From Sedimentisphaerales bacterium (GTDB taxonomy: Bacteria; Planctomycetota; Phycisphaerae; Sedimentisphaerales; SM23-30), in NCBI GenBank assembly GCA_963666285.1, contig OY762711.1: a stretch of 64,000 bases of DNA, one strand, 5' to 3'. Of the stretch, positions 42,305 through 50,726 are shown one piece after another (the stretch's first letter is position 1; each line of letters opens with the position of its first letter). The position numbers and the translations under genes are program-made. The notes beneath the pieces were generated by a model, which worked only from the letters and a program-made list of their open reading frames with translations, was not told the DNA's origin and did no database searches.

Positions 42305-42332
42305 TAATCGGCCTGATTTTACGCTAACATTA
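42305..42332 (-). promoter_or_regulatory. Possible sigma28-type promoter for the kinase gene
   Basis: TAAT-N16-GCCGATTA on the minus strand. Confidence 0.35.
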
Positions 42333-42754
42333 AGGGAATGCTTTTAGAGGAGAGGATTGGAAGGTAAAATAAAGTACTTTAGTATCATTTGTAATGATTG
42401 CAGAGTATATTATAATTATTTGACTCTATTTTACTGTTTTTTCCTACTCCCTTTAATATTCACTACCCATTATTTATAACGTTTTACGCAGGCTAATATC
42501 GCAAAAAAACATTGTATTTTTATTTATTTTGTTCTTTTGCTTAACAAATATATAAAACAGCCTCTTTTTTTCACTTACGTTGAATATTTTCAGGATTCAG
42601 CGTATGTTGAGTGGGCTGGTTAACACTCGTCTTGTAATTTTACTGAGAAAATAATATTCTGGCAAGCTAATAAATCAATATTTTTGTATATCAGAATATT
42701 GATTTATTACAAAAGTTATTATCTAACAATAAGTTATGGAAAAGTATCACGAGT

Positions 42755-43279
42755 CTATTTGACGGTTCTGATCTGATCCAATGGTATATTGCAATGTTTG
42801 ACCAGGCAGTTTACCAGAGATTCCAGCCTGTTAGATTGCCAGGGGGTAGGTTTGTATTGTCCTGATGGGCTTATAATACAGATACGAATTGTATCTGAGG
42901 CGAATAGAATATCCTGAATTGGTATCTGGTTATACCAGGTTGTTGTTGCCAGGATTTGTCCATCTACGCTTTCCGCAGAACCGTCACATATGACAAAGTG
43001 GTAATTATTATTTAAAGAGCCGGTTGTCCGGTTTTTATTTATTTCGTGGATCGAAGAAGAATAAGTGATTTCAATAGACTTCCATGTGTCTGGTAGTATA
43101 CCATTTTTTGTACCTACCGTTGCGTGTGATAGAGATGTATTAATCTCGCTTGAACTGGACAGACTGAAAGCTGCCGGCTTGAATGGCTTGCCTTCTAGCG
43201 CAAGAAGTATAAATGTACCGGCAGTCATAGAGACTATCAGTATGAGGATGGCATTAATCAATCTTCCTTGATTGTTCAT
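42755..43279 (-). CDS. Membrane-anchored amidase_2-like protein, apparently degenerate
   Basis: N-terminal TM helix; WKSIEITYS, NYHFVICDG, IRICII and PTPWQ resemble N-acetylmuramoyl-L-alanine amidase motifs but lack the Zn ligands. Confidence 0.55.
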   Translation of the reverse strand: MNNQGRLINAILILIVSMTAGTFILLALEGKPFKPAAFSLSSSSEINTSLSHATVGTKNGILPDTWKSIEITYSSSIHEINKNRTTGSLNNNYHFVICDGSAESVDGQILATTTWYNQIPIQDILFASDTIRICIISPSGQYKPTPWQSNRLESLVNCLVKHCNIPLDQIRTVK

Positions 43280-43462
43280 TTCTTATCACCTGGATGGAAA
43301 GGTCAAAAGTAACAAAATAATCCTTTAATGTAGGATTACGATTATATCTTTTATTCGGGTTATATCAAATAAATACTTTATTTTTGTACAGAATTATTTG
43401 GTTTAAGGTATTTATGGTCTCTGAAGATAATGTTGAACAGCAAAAGTACACTTTGAAAAGAT

Positions 43463-43490
43463 GTTTGACATAATGCATACATATACAATT
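43463..43490 (-). other. dif-like XerCD recombination site
   Basis: Minus strand AATTGTATATG-TATGCA-TTATGTCAAAC has 11-6-11 layout; right arm is 9/11 to the XerD consensus TTATGTTAAAT; intergenic, within the strand-bias switch zone. Confidence 0.55.
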
Positions 43491-43889
43491 TTGGCACTTA
43501 GTCTTGCAGTTGTTTACTTTGCCTGTTACAAAAAATACAAATTTTATTTGATTGTATAGATGATAATTTTGGCTGGTGTATATCTCTGATGTGGTTTATG
43601 TGGCAAAAGAATATTTTTGTTAACAGGAATTAAGTTAGATTATTATTAGCTGTGTTTTTTCAAGACATATTGACATTTTTACAGTTTGTACTATATGTTG
43701 TTGCTCGAGAGTGGAGGGTTCAATATATAGTAATCTTGTAAGTGTATGTATAATATCTAGTTGAGAGATTTTTTTTTGAAATAACTGTTGTCTTTTTTTT
43801 GTGTCCAGTTATACTATTAGTTAATCTCAGGTTATCGGCCTACTAGGTTGAATAAGTTTAATAATTTTTGTTTTTTTATAAGTTATTTT

Positions 43890-43989
43890 TCGCAGGATGC
43901 GATAAGGTGCTGACTATCTCGAAAGAATATGAATCAGCAGGCTTTTTCCTGAGAGTTTATGGATGAACGTATTATTAGCAAGGACGCTA
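43890..43989 (+). promoter_or_regulatory. flhA leader with three hairpin-loop GGA (CsrA/RsmA-type) motifs
   Basis: tcgcaGGAtgcga, gtttatGGAtgaac and tagcaaGGAcgcta; the last overlaps the SD. Confidence 0.55.
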
Positions 43990-43990
43990 T

Positions 43991-46108
43991 ATGGCATTGG
44001 CACAATTATCAGGAATACAGAAGTATCTAACTTTTATTCATAAAAGCAGAGATATGATATTGCCGCTATCGGCAGTGTGCCTGATATTTGTTATGCTTAT
44101 TCCACTTCCTGCCGGCATACTTGATCTTCTTTTGGTTGCAAATCTTGCTTTTGCTTCTCTTATTCTATTGACCACCATTTTTGCTAATGGTCCTTTAGAA
44201 ATGTCGTCATTTCCTTCGTTATTGCTGTCAGCCACTCTTTTCCGATTAGTTTTGAATTGTGCTACTACCAGGAAAATATTGACTGCCGGTGAATCGCAGC
44301 AGGAAATGGATGCTGCCGGCCAGATGATCAAAGCGTTTTCTGAGTTTGTTGCCGGCAGTTCACTTGCTGTTGGTCTGATTATTTTCATTATTCTGGTTGT
44401 TATACAGTTTGTGGTAATTACGAAAGGTGCTACCAGGATTAGTGAAGTAGCTGCCCGTTTTACCTTAGATGGTATGCCGGGTAAGCAGATGGCAATTGAT
44501 GCGGATTTGAATGCCGGGTTGATAAATGAAGCTGAGGCTCGTCGGCGTCGAGAGGAAATTGCTAGTGAGGCAGATTTTTATGGGGCCATGGATGGTGCTA
44601 GTAAATTTGTTCGGGGTGATGCTATCGCTGGCATTATTATTACTCTCGTTAATATTCTTGGCGGTATTACTGTTGGGATGCTCCAGTATAACATGGACCT
44701 GAGCAGATGTTTTGCAGTTTTTACTCAATTGACTATTGGTGACGGTCTTGTCAGTCAGATACCGGCTTTTATTATTTCTGTTGCTGCCGGTCTTATTGTT
44801 ACCAGATCTACGGCAAAAAGTGATCTGGGAACAGAGCTGATCATGCAGCTGGTCAGTAAGCCTAGAGCTTTACAGGTTGCCGCAGGTTTTATGCTGGTCC
44901 TGTCTTTTACCGGGCTGCCCAGAGTCCCGTTGTTGATGATGGCTGGAAGTTTTATTGGTATTGCATATGTTATAAATCGTCAGGAAAAAAAGAAGGTTAC
45001 TGCTGCTGTTGCTGCGGAAAAGAAAGCTGCTTCTACTACTAAGAAAGAAAAAGTTGAAGATTTGCTGCCTTTAGACCGTATGGAACTTGAGATAGGGTAT
45101 GGGCTTATTAAGCTTGTTGATTCAAGGCAGGGTGGAGATCTTTTAAAGCGTATCTCAATGATTAGAAAACAAATTGCTTTGGAGTTGGGTATTATTGTTC
45201 CTAGTATTCGTATCAGGGATAATGTACGCCTTGGACCAAACGAATATGCGGTTAAAATTAAAGGTATAAGCATTGCTGTCGGTGAAGCTTATCCGGACCA
45301 GTGTCTTGCTATGGATAGTGGTGCGGTTACTGGTGAGCTTACCGGAAAGGAAACCGTAGAACCGGCATTTGGACTTAAAGCCTATTGGATTCCGGCTGCC
45401 CGTAAAGATCACGCGGAAATGATGAATTACACCGTTGTGGATTGCTCCAGTGTGCTGGCGACTCATATTACTGAAGTTATTAAAGGCCATGCTGCCGAGT
45501 TGCTTACTCGTCAGGATTTTGAAGAATTGATTACAAAGGCCAAAGAGAAATGTCCATCAATCGTCGATGAAGTGGTTGGCGGCACTCTTAAAGCCGGTGA
45601 GATTCAAAAAGTACTTCAAGGGCTTCTGCTTGAGAGAGTGCCGATACGGGATATGGAAACTATTCTGGAAACTCTTGGTGACTGGGGTAATCGGACTAAG
45701 GATGCTGAGATATTGACTGAGTATGTAAGGAATTCACTGGCCAGAACTATTTGTGATCAGTATAAGGATGAAGGTGGGAATCTTCGCTGTGTGACACTGG
45801 ATCCAGGTCTGGAAGATACTATAAATAAGCATATTGAGCGATCTGAAACAGGTAGCTATCTTACTTTGCCGCCGTCGCTGGCTAATGAGATTGCGACTTC
45901 TATTATTAAGCATCTGGCAAAACTGACTGACGTTGGTGTTCAGCCTATTGTATTGTGCTCGCCTCAGGTACGAATGCTGCTCAGGAAAATGCTGGCACCT
46001 CATTTGCCCAATATTGTAGTGTTAGCATATAATGAAATAGTAAAAGGAATAAATATTCAATCAGTGTCTATGGTTGTTCTTGAAGGTAAAGAACCTGTAT
46101 TTAGTTAA
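43991..46108 (+). CDS. flhA: Flagellar export gate protein FlhA
   Basis: FHIPEP motif ITKGATRISEVAARFTLDGMPGKQMAIDADL and FYGAMDGASKFV. Confidence 0.97.
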   Translation: MALAQLSGIQKYLTFIHKSRDMILPLSAVCLIFVMLIPLPAGILDLLLVANLAFASLILLTTIFANGPLEMSSFPSLLLSATLFRLVLNCATTRKILTAGESQQEMDAAGQMIKAFSEFVAGSSLAVGLIIFIILVVIQFVVITKGATRISEVAARFTLDGMPGKQMAIDADLNAGLINEAEARRRREEIASEADFYGAMDGASKFVRGDAIAGIIITLVNILGGITVGMLQYNMDLSRCFAVFTQLTIGDGLVSQIPAFIISVAAGLIVTRSTAKSDLGTELIMQLVSKPRALQVAAGFMLVLSFTGLPRVPLLMMAGSFIGIAYVINRQEKKKVTAAVAAEKKAASTTKKEKVEDLLPLDRMELEIGYGLIKLVDSRQGGDLLKRISMIRKQIALELGIIVPSIRIRDNVRLGPNEYAVKIKGISIAVGEAYPDQCLAMDSGAVTGELTGKETVEPAFGLKAYWIPAARKDHAEMMNYTVVDCSSVLATHITEVIKGHAAELLTRQDFEELITKAKEKCPSIVDEVVGGTLKAGEIQKVLQGLLLERVPIRDMETILETLGDWGNRTKDAEILTEYVRNSLARTICDQYKDEGGNLRCVTLDPGLEDTINKHIERSETGSYLTLPPSLANEIATSIIKHLAKLTDVGVQPIVLCSPQVRMLLRKMLAPHLPNIVVLAYNEIVKGINIQSVSMVVLEGKEPVFS

Positions 46109-46125
46109 AGAGATAGTTGGTGAAA

Positions 46126-47463
46126 ATGTCAAAAATATTGAAATTCAGAGCTAAAACAATGCCTCAGGCCCTGGCGCTTGTAAAAAAGAAGTTAGGTTCA
46201 TCTGCTGTCATTTTGCATAGCAGGCCGATTAAGCAGGGAGGCTTTGCTGGAATTGGCAGCAAAACTATTTTTGAAATAACAGCTAAGGCTGATGACGGTA
46301 GTTTGCCTGAAAGAGATAAGCAGCAGGGGGGTAATGCCAGGTTGCGCAACAGCTATAATAAAGACCGTCAGGAACTTGTTGAAGCGATTGCCCAGGTCTC
46401 TGGTATGAGAGGCGATTCTGGTGTTAATGTTGATATCTCGTCGCTGCGATCTCAAAATAAGGTTTATTCTCAGAATAATCTTAATGGCAGAGAGTCTTTA
46501 GCCGGGGCAGGTGCATGGACCGCACCGCAGGCTGTGAATGATGCTCGTGATAATTATAAAGATATTCGTGATGAAATCAGTGATTTGAAATCAGTGATAA
46601 ACGATCTTGTTAAAGAGCAGCGTCAATTGCACGCTCCGCAGATGCCGGAAAAGATTTTTGATTCTTACTTAGATCTTATACAGTGTGAGGTTGCAGACGA
46701 AATTGCTAAAGAAATGCTGGAAGAAGTTCAGCGTGATCTGACAGGTTCGCAGATTAGGTCTGGTGATGTCGTTCGCCGCAGACTGTTTGACACAATGCAG
46801 GGGATGGTCAATACATGTGGGCCAATTGCCGAGAATGTGGATGGAAGTGCAAGAGTTGTTATGTTGATTGGTCCTACCGGGGTCGGAAAAACTACAACAA
46901 TCGCAAAAGTTGCGGCTGATATGAAGCTTCGTCGTGGTAAAAATGTCGGGCTTATTACTATTGATACTTATCGAATTGGTGCGGTTGACCAGTTGAGGAT
47001 GTATGCACAGATTATTGATGTGCCGCTTAAAGTCGTTTTGAGTCCGTCTGAACTGAAGGAAGCTTTGGATGAAATGCGTCAGACAAAGGATGTTGTCCTG
47101 ATTGATACCGCTGGTCGCAGCCATAATGATGTGATTAAGCTAAAAGAGCTGCAGGCGTATATTGAGGCAGCAAAAGCTGATGAAATTCATCTTGTGTTAT
47201 CTGGTACGTCCAATCAGAGTGCCATCGATCATGCTGCCCGGGAATTCGGAAAGTTTGGTGTTGACAGGGTCATCTTGACAAAGCTTGATGAAGCAATTAG
47301 TTTCGGTGTTATATTTTCTGTGTTGCGAAAAATGAATGCTTCACTATCATATATAACTACAGGGCAGGATGTGCCTGATGATATTGAAGTCGCTGCTGGC
47401 AGTAGACTCGCAAAATTGCTTCTCGGAGAAGAAGGTATTAAAAAACTGGAAATAGCAGTTTAA
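46126..47463 (+). CDS. flhF: Flagellar SRP-like GTPase FlhF
   Basis: GPTGVGKTTTIAK, DTYRIGA, DTAGRS, TKLDE and GQDVPDD. Confidence 0.95.
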   Translation: MSKILKFRAKTMPQALALVKKKLGSSAVILHSRPIKQGGFAGIGSKTIFEITAKADDGSLPERDKQQGGNARLRNSYNKDRQELVEAIAQVSGMRGDSGVNVDISSLRSQNKVYSQNNLNGRESLAGAGAWTAPQAVNDARDNYKDIRDEISDLKSVINDLVKEQRQLHAPQMPEKIFDSYLDLIQCEVADEIAKEMLEEVQRDLTGSQIRSGDVVRRRLFDTMQGMVNTCGPIAENVDGSARVVMLIGPTGVGKTTTIAKVAADMKLRRGKNVGLITIDTYRIGAVDQLRMYAQIIDVPLKVVLSPSELKEALDEMRQTKDVVLIDTAGRSHNDVIKLKELQAYIEAAKADEIHLVLSGTSNQSAIDHAAREFGKFGVDRVILTKLDEAISFGVIFSVLRKMNASLSYITTGQDVPDDIEVAAGSRLAKLLLGEEGIKKLEIAV

Positions 47464-47514
47464 TTGCATAATTTTTAATTTTATTTATCTGTGTTGTTTT
47501 TCAGGTAATTGATT

Positions 47515-48366
47515 ATGACAGTAGACCAGGCAGAAAAACTCAGACTTATGGTTCGCAAGACTCGCGGTAAGCGAGCTAAGGTTATTGCCATCACCAGCGG
47601 TAAAGGTGGGGTTGGTAAGACCAATGTTGCGGCAAATCTTGCTATTTGCCTGGCCGCTGCCAGGCGCAAGGTGACCATTATCGATGCCGATTTTGGGCTG
47701 GCCAATCTTGACCTTATTTTTAATGTCAGATCAGGAAAGACCATTGCGCATTTGGCATCTGGCAGGAAATCTATAGATGAGTTGGTAGTACCTGTTAGGG
47801 GTGGTGTTAGTCTGGTTTGTGGTGTTTCGGGTATGTGTGAGCTTGCCCAAATGACTGATTTTCAGCGAAATCATATCATTAAAGAGCTTGCCAGGCTGGA
47901 AGATGAGAATGATATCATCATTGTTGATACTGGTGCAGGTATCTCATCGAATGTTTTAAGCTTCTGTGAATCAGCTGATCACACCATAATTGTTACATCT
48001 CCGGAGCCTACAAGTATGACAGATGCATATGCTATGATCAAGACTTTAAGCAAGAGGGGAAGTGGTGTAAAACTATCGGTTCTGGTTAATATGGTTGAAA
48101 GTAGAAACCATGCCAGGAAGGTGTACCGAAAATTGGCCGATACGTCCAGAAAGTTCTTGTCTGTGTCTATAACTGATGCTGGTTACATACTTTATGATAA
48201 TAGCGTCTCTAGTGCGGTACAGCGTTGTGAGCCGGTTGTACTTGCGTATCCCAGGAGTCAGGCTAGTTATTGTTTTTTGACTTTAGCTAGTAAATTTGGT
48301 CGTGGAACTGAAGCCACTAGCATAAATGAAGGCTTCTTTAGAAAAGTAGTAAATTGGTTTTTTTAA
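47515..48366 (+). CDS. flhG: MinD-like flagellar number regulator FlhG/FleN
   Basis: DQAEKLR N-terminal helix, SGKGGVGKT, DADFGLAN and PEPTSMTDAY. Confidence 0.93.
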   Translation: MTVDQAEKLRLMVRKTRGKRAKVIAITSGKGGVGKTNVAANLAICLAAARRKVTIIDADFGLANLDLIFNVRSGKTIAHLASGRKSIDELVVPVRGGVSLVCGVSGMCELAQMTDFQRNHIIKELARLEDENDIIIVDTGAGISSNVLSFCESADHTIIVTSPEPTSMTDAYAMIKTLSKRGSGVKLSVLVNMVESRNHARKVYRKLADTSRKFLSVSITDAGYILYDNSVSSAVQRCEPVVLAYPRSQASYCFLTLASKFGRGTEATSINEGFFRKVVNWFF

Positions 48367-48383
48367 AAAAACGTAAAATTAGT

Positions 48384-48411
48384 TAAACATTAAGTGAAAT
48401 TATGCCGATAA
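48384..48411 (+). promoter_or_regulatory. sigma28 (FliA) promoter upstream of the hypothetical gene and fliA
   Basis: TAAA-N16-GCCGATAA with exact -35 and -10 consensus. Confidence 0.7.
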
Positions 48412-48495
48412 ATCATTACGATCTTGTATAAATAACTTGGCTATAAATAGTTGCAAGATTGTCACTTGTTTGGCTTGTTCTAAGGTTAATAGCAT

Positions 48496-48846
48496 ATGTT
48501 GACAGTGAGATTATGTGCTGCTGGGTTATCTTTTGTTGCTTTCGCAACGGCCCTGATTATAGGTCTCGTAGCCGAAAATGACTATGTTACTATTGTAACT
48601 AGGGCATTATCAGCTATGGCTGTCTTTTATGTGCTGGGGGTTATTCTTGGGCATGTTGGGCAGGTTGCCATTGAACAAAGTTTTGAACGGCAGAAAGAAG
48701 CTATTGAACAAGAAGTAAAAAACGAATTTGATATTGAAGATGCTGAATTAGTTGATTCCGTAGATGCTGATGTAGAAGCTGAACCTTCTACTCGTGTTCA
48801 GCGTAAACCGGCTCGTGATGTGGAATTAGTTGGTTCTGGTGTGTGA
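48496..48846 (+). CDS. Small two-TM hypothetical protein between flhG and fliA
   Basis: Two hydrophobic helices and an acidic tail; operon position. Confidence 0.75.
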   Translation: MLTVRLCAAGLSFVAFATALIIGLVAENDYVTIVTRALSAMAVFYVLGVILGHVGQVAIEQSFERQKEAIEQEVKNEFDIEDAELVDSVDADVEAEPSTRVQRKPARDVELVGSGV

Positions 48847-48949
48847 GAAAGTATGTTCTTTGCTCTTTTTGCGATAAGGTACTTGCAGTAGGATGCTAAA
48901 ATAAAGAAACATTAGGTATATTGAGAAAACTATAATTAAGGTTGTCATT

Positions 48950-49867
48950 ATGGACTTGGAAACTGCGGTAGATGTAATTGGAACTGATAGAGAAACACCT
49001 CTTGAGGAATTTGAAAGTGAAGAAAATGTATATAACGAGAATGATATTGATGAAGAATCTGCCGAAGTAAGTTTTGATGAAGAGATACTTTCGAGAATTT
49101 TTTCTGAGCAAGAGCAGGATCTTCGTGAATTATGGGTAAGTTTCAAAACTACTCTTGCTGTTCGTTATCGTAACGGCTTGATAGAACGTTATTTACATTT
49201 AGTTAAATACAACGCTGAACGAATATATGCAAAATTGCCGGACGAGGTTGACCTTGATGACCTTATTAGTGCTGGCTATTTTGGTTTAATGGACGCGATA
49301 AATTCATATGACCTTGAAAGAGGAGTAAAATTCTCTACTTATTGTGCTCCTCGTATTCGCGGTGCAATTCTTGACCAGCTTAGAAGTATGGATTGGGTGC
49401 CAAGGCTTGTGCGTAGTCGTGCTCATAAACTCGACAAAGTTGTAAAAGAATTTGAAGCCGAACATGGTCGTTGTGCATCGGATGATGAACTGGCTAAAAT
49501 TATGGGACTTGGCAGGGAGGAATATCTGAAGCTGAAAAGAGATGCTCATGCTATATCTCTTGTCTCTCTCAGTCGCAAATGGTTTGAAACCGACAGCCAG
49601 AAAGATGTATGTGAAATTGACGTTCTTGAGGATAAAAGAGGTGTTAATCCTTTCCATGAGATTCAGAAACGTGATGTCAAAGATATGATGACACGCGGTC
49701 TTACCCGAGCCGAAAAGCTTATTATCATCCTTTATTATTATGAAGAAATGACTATGAAAGAGATTGGTGCGACCCTGGATCTTTCCGAAAGCAGGGTGTC
49801 TCAGATGCATTCTTCTATCCTGCAGCGGCTAAAAGCTCAGATGAGCCACAAAGATATAGAGTCATAA
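48950..49867 (+). CDS. fliA: RNA polymerase sigma factor FliA/WhiG (sigma28) with acidic N-terminal extension
   Basis: DDLISAGYFGL, RIRGAILDQLRSMDWVPR and KEIGATLDLSESRVSQMH. Confidence 0.95.
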   Translation: MDLETAVDVIGTDRETPLEEFESEENVYNENDIDEESAEVSFDEEILSRIFSEQEQDLRELWVSFKTTLAVRYRNGLIERYLHLVKYNAERIYAKLPDEVDLDDLISAGYFGLMDAINSYDLERGVKFSTYCAPRIRGAILDQLRSMDWVPRLVRSRAHKLDKVVKEFEAEHGRCASDDELAKIMGLGREEYLKLKRDAHAISLVSLSRKWFETDSQKDVCEIDVLEDKRGVNPFHEIQKRDVKDMMTRGLTRAEKLIIILYYYEEMTMKEIGATLDLSESRVSQMHSSILQRLKAQMSHKDIES

Positions 49868-49915
49868 TCGCTAATTGATGCTGATTTTGAATATTTTTTA
49901 TATTAGGCCTATAAT

Positions 49916-49947
49916 AAGGTGGTTCTTATACTGAACCGCCTTTTTTT
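49916..49947 (+). terminator. Intrinsic terminator after fliA
   Basis: aaggtggttc/gaaccgcctt stem plus T run. Confidence 0.8.
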
Positions 49948-50023
49948 ATGCTTATTTGTTATACAGGCGATATACTACATAGGGGATTTTATTTAGATAT
50001 TCCTTATATTGTGTGAGGCGTAT

Positions 50024-50401
50024 ATGAGTGGTATACCATCAAATATGAATGCTCTTGGTTCGATTATGCAGGCACAGGTTGCCGCTAATGACAAAGCCAA
50101 ACAGGGCGACTCAAAGGTCAATCAGGACACTTACGCCGCTCGCCAGGCAGCAAGAGTCTCTGAACAGCAGACTGAAGATGTTGAAGATACCGAACACGTA
50201 GATGGTTTAACTGTCAGACGCGAAGATGAACGTCAGCGCAATGGCCAGGATGCTCGAGATACCTGGGAGCAGCATCAGGCTGAAGAAGATTTGTACCATT
50301 CTGAACTTGAACAGGAACCATCTGATGAAAAAAACAGTCAGGATAATACTGATAATGATGACGATTCACAACAAGGTGGACATATAGACCTGTCAGTCTA
50401 A
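50024..50401 (+). CDS. Acidic, probably disordered hypothetical protein
   Basis: GAGG RBS before ATG 50024; Q/E/D-rich; ends GGHIDLSV. Confidence 0.7.
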   Translation: MSGIPSNMNALGSIMQAQVAANDKAKQGDSKVNQDTYAARQAARVSEQQTEDVEDTEHVDGLTVRREDERQRNGQDARDTWEQHQAEEDLYHSELEQEPSDEKNSQDNTDNDDDSQQGGHIDLSV

Positions 50402-50726
50402 CACTCAAAACTTCTTTTTTTTACCGTTTTTTTCTCCTTTCCTGGATATTGTTATTGATTATACATTAGTATTTTTGTTTTTTGTCGCCTAATCGTGTTT
50501 TCAGTATTGGTATCCGACATATTTTCATTTTAATTATTAATAAACTGTGTTTATTATGCTGATATCGCTCATAATACTACCTTTTCAATTTTTGAAGTTT
50601 TTTCAGATATATCAATTTTTTCTGGTTATTCAAGTTGTGCGGATAATGAGCTAATATAGCAAACTAATAATGTCGAAAATAGCTTTACGTATTTTTTATA
50701 TATATTTAGTTTAAAGTGGTATTGAT

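Noticed and set aside
43491..43508. sigma54-like TTGGCAC...TTGCA upstream of flhA
   Set aside because: GG-to-GC spacing is 11 nt rather than the strict 10.
43352..43860. Two further minus-strand sigma28-like motifs (TAAA-N17-CCCGAATA; TAAA-N17-GCCGATAA)
   Set aside because: 17-nt spacers in very AT-rich DNA; too weak to call without TSS data.
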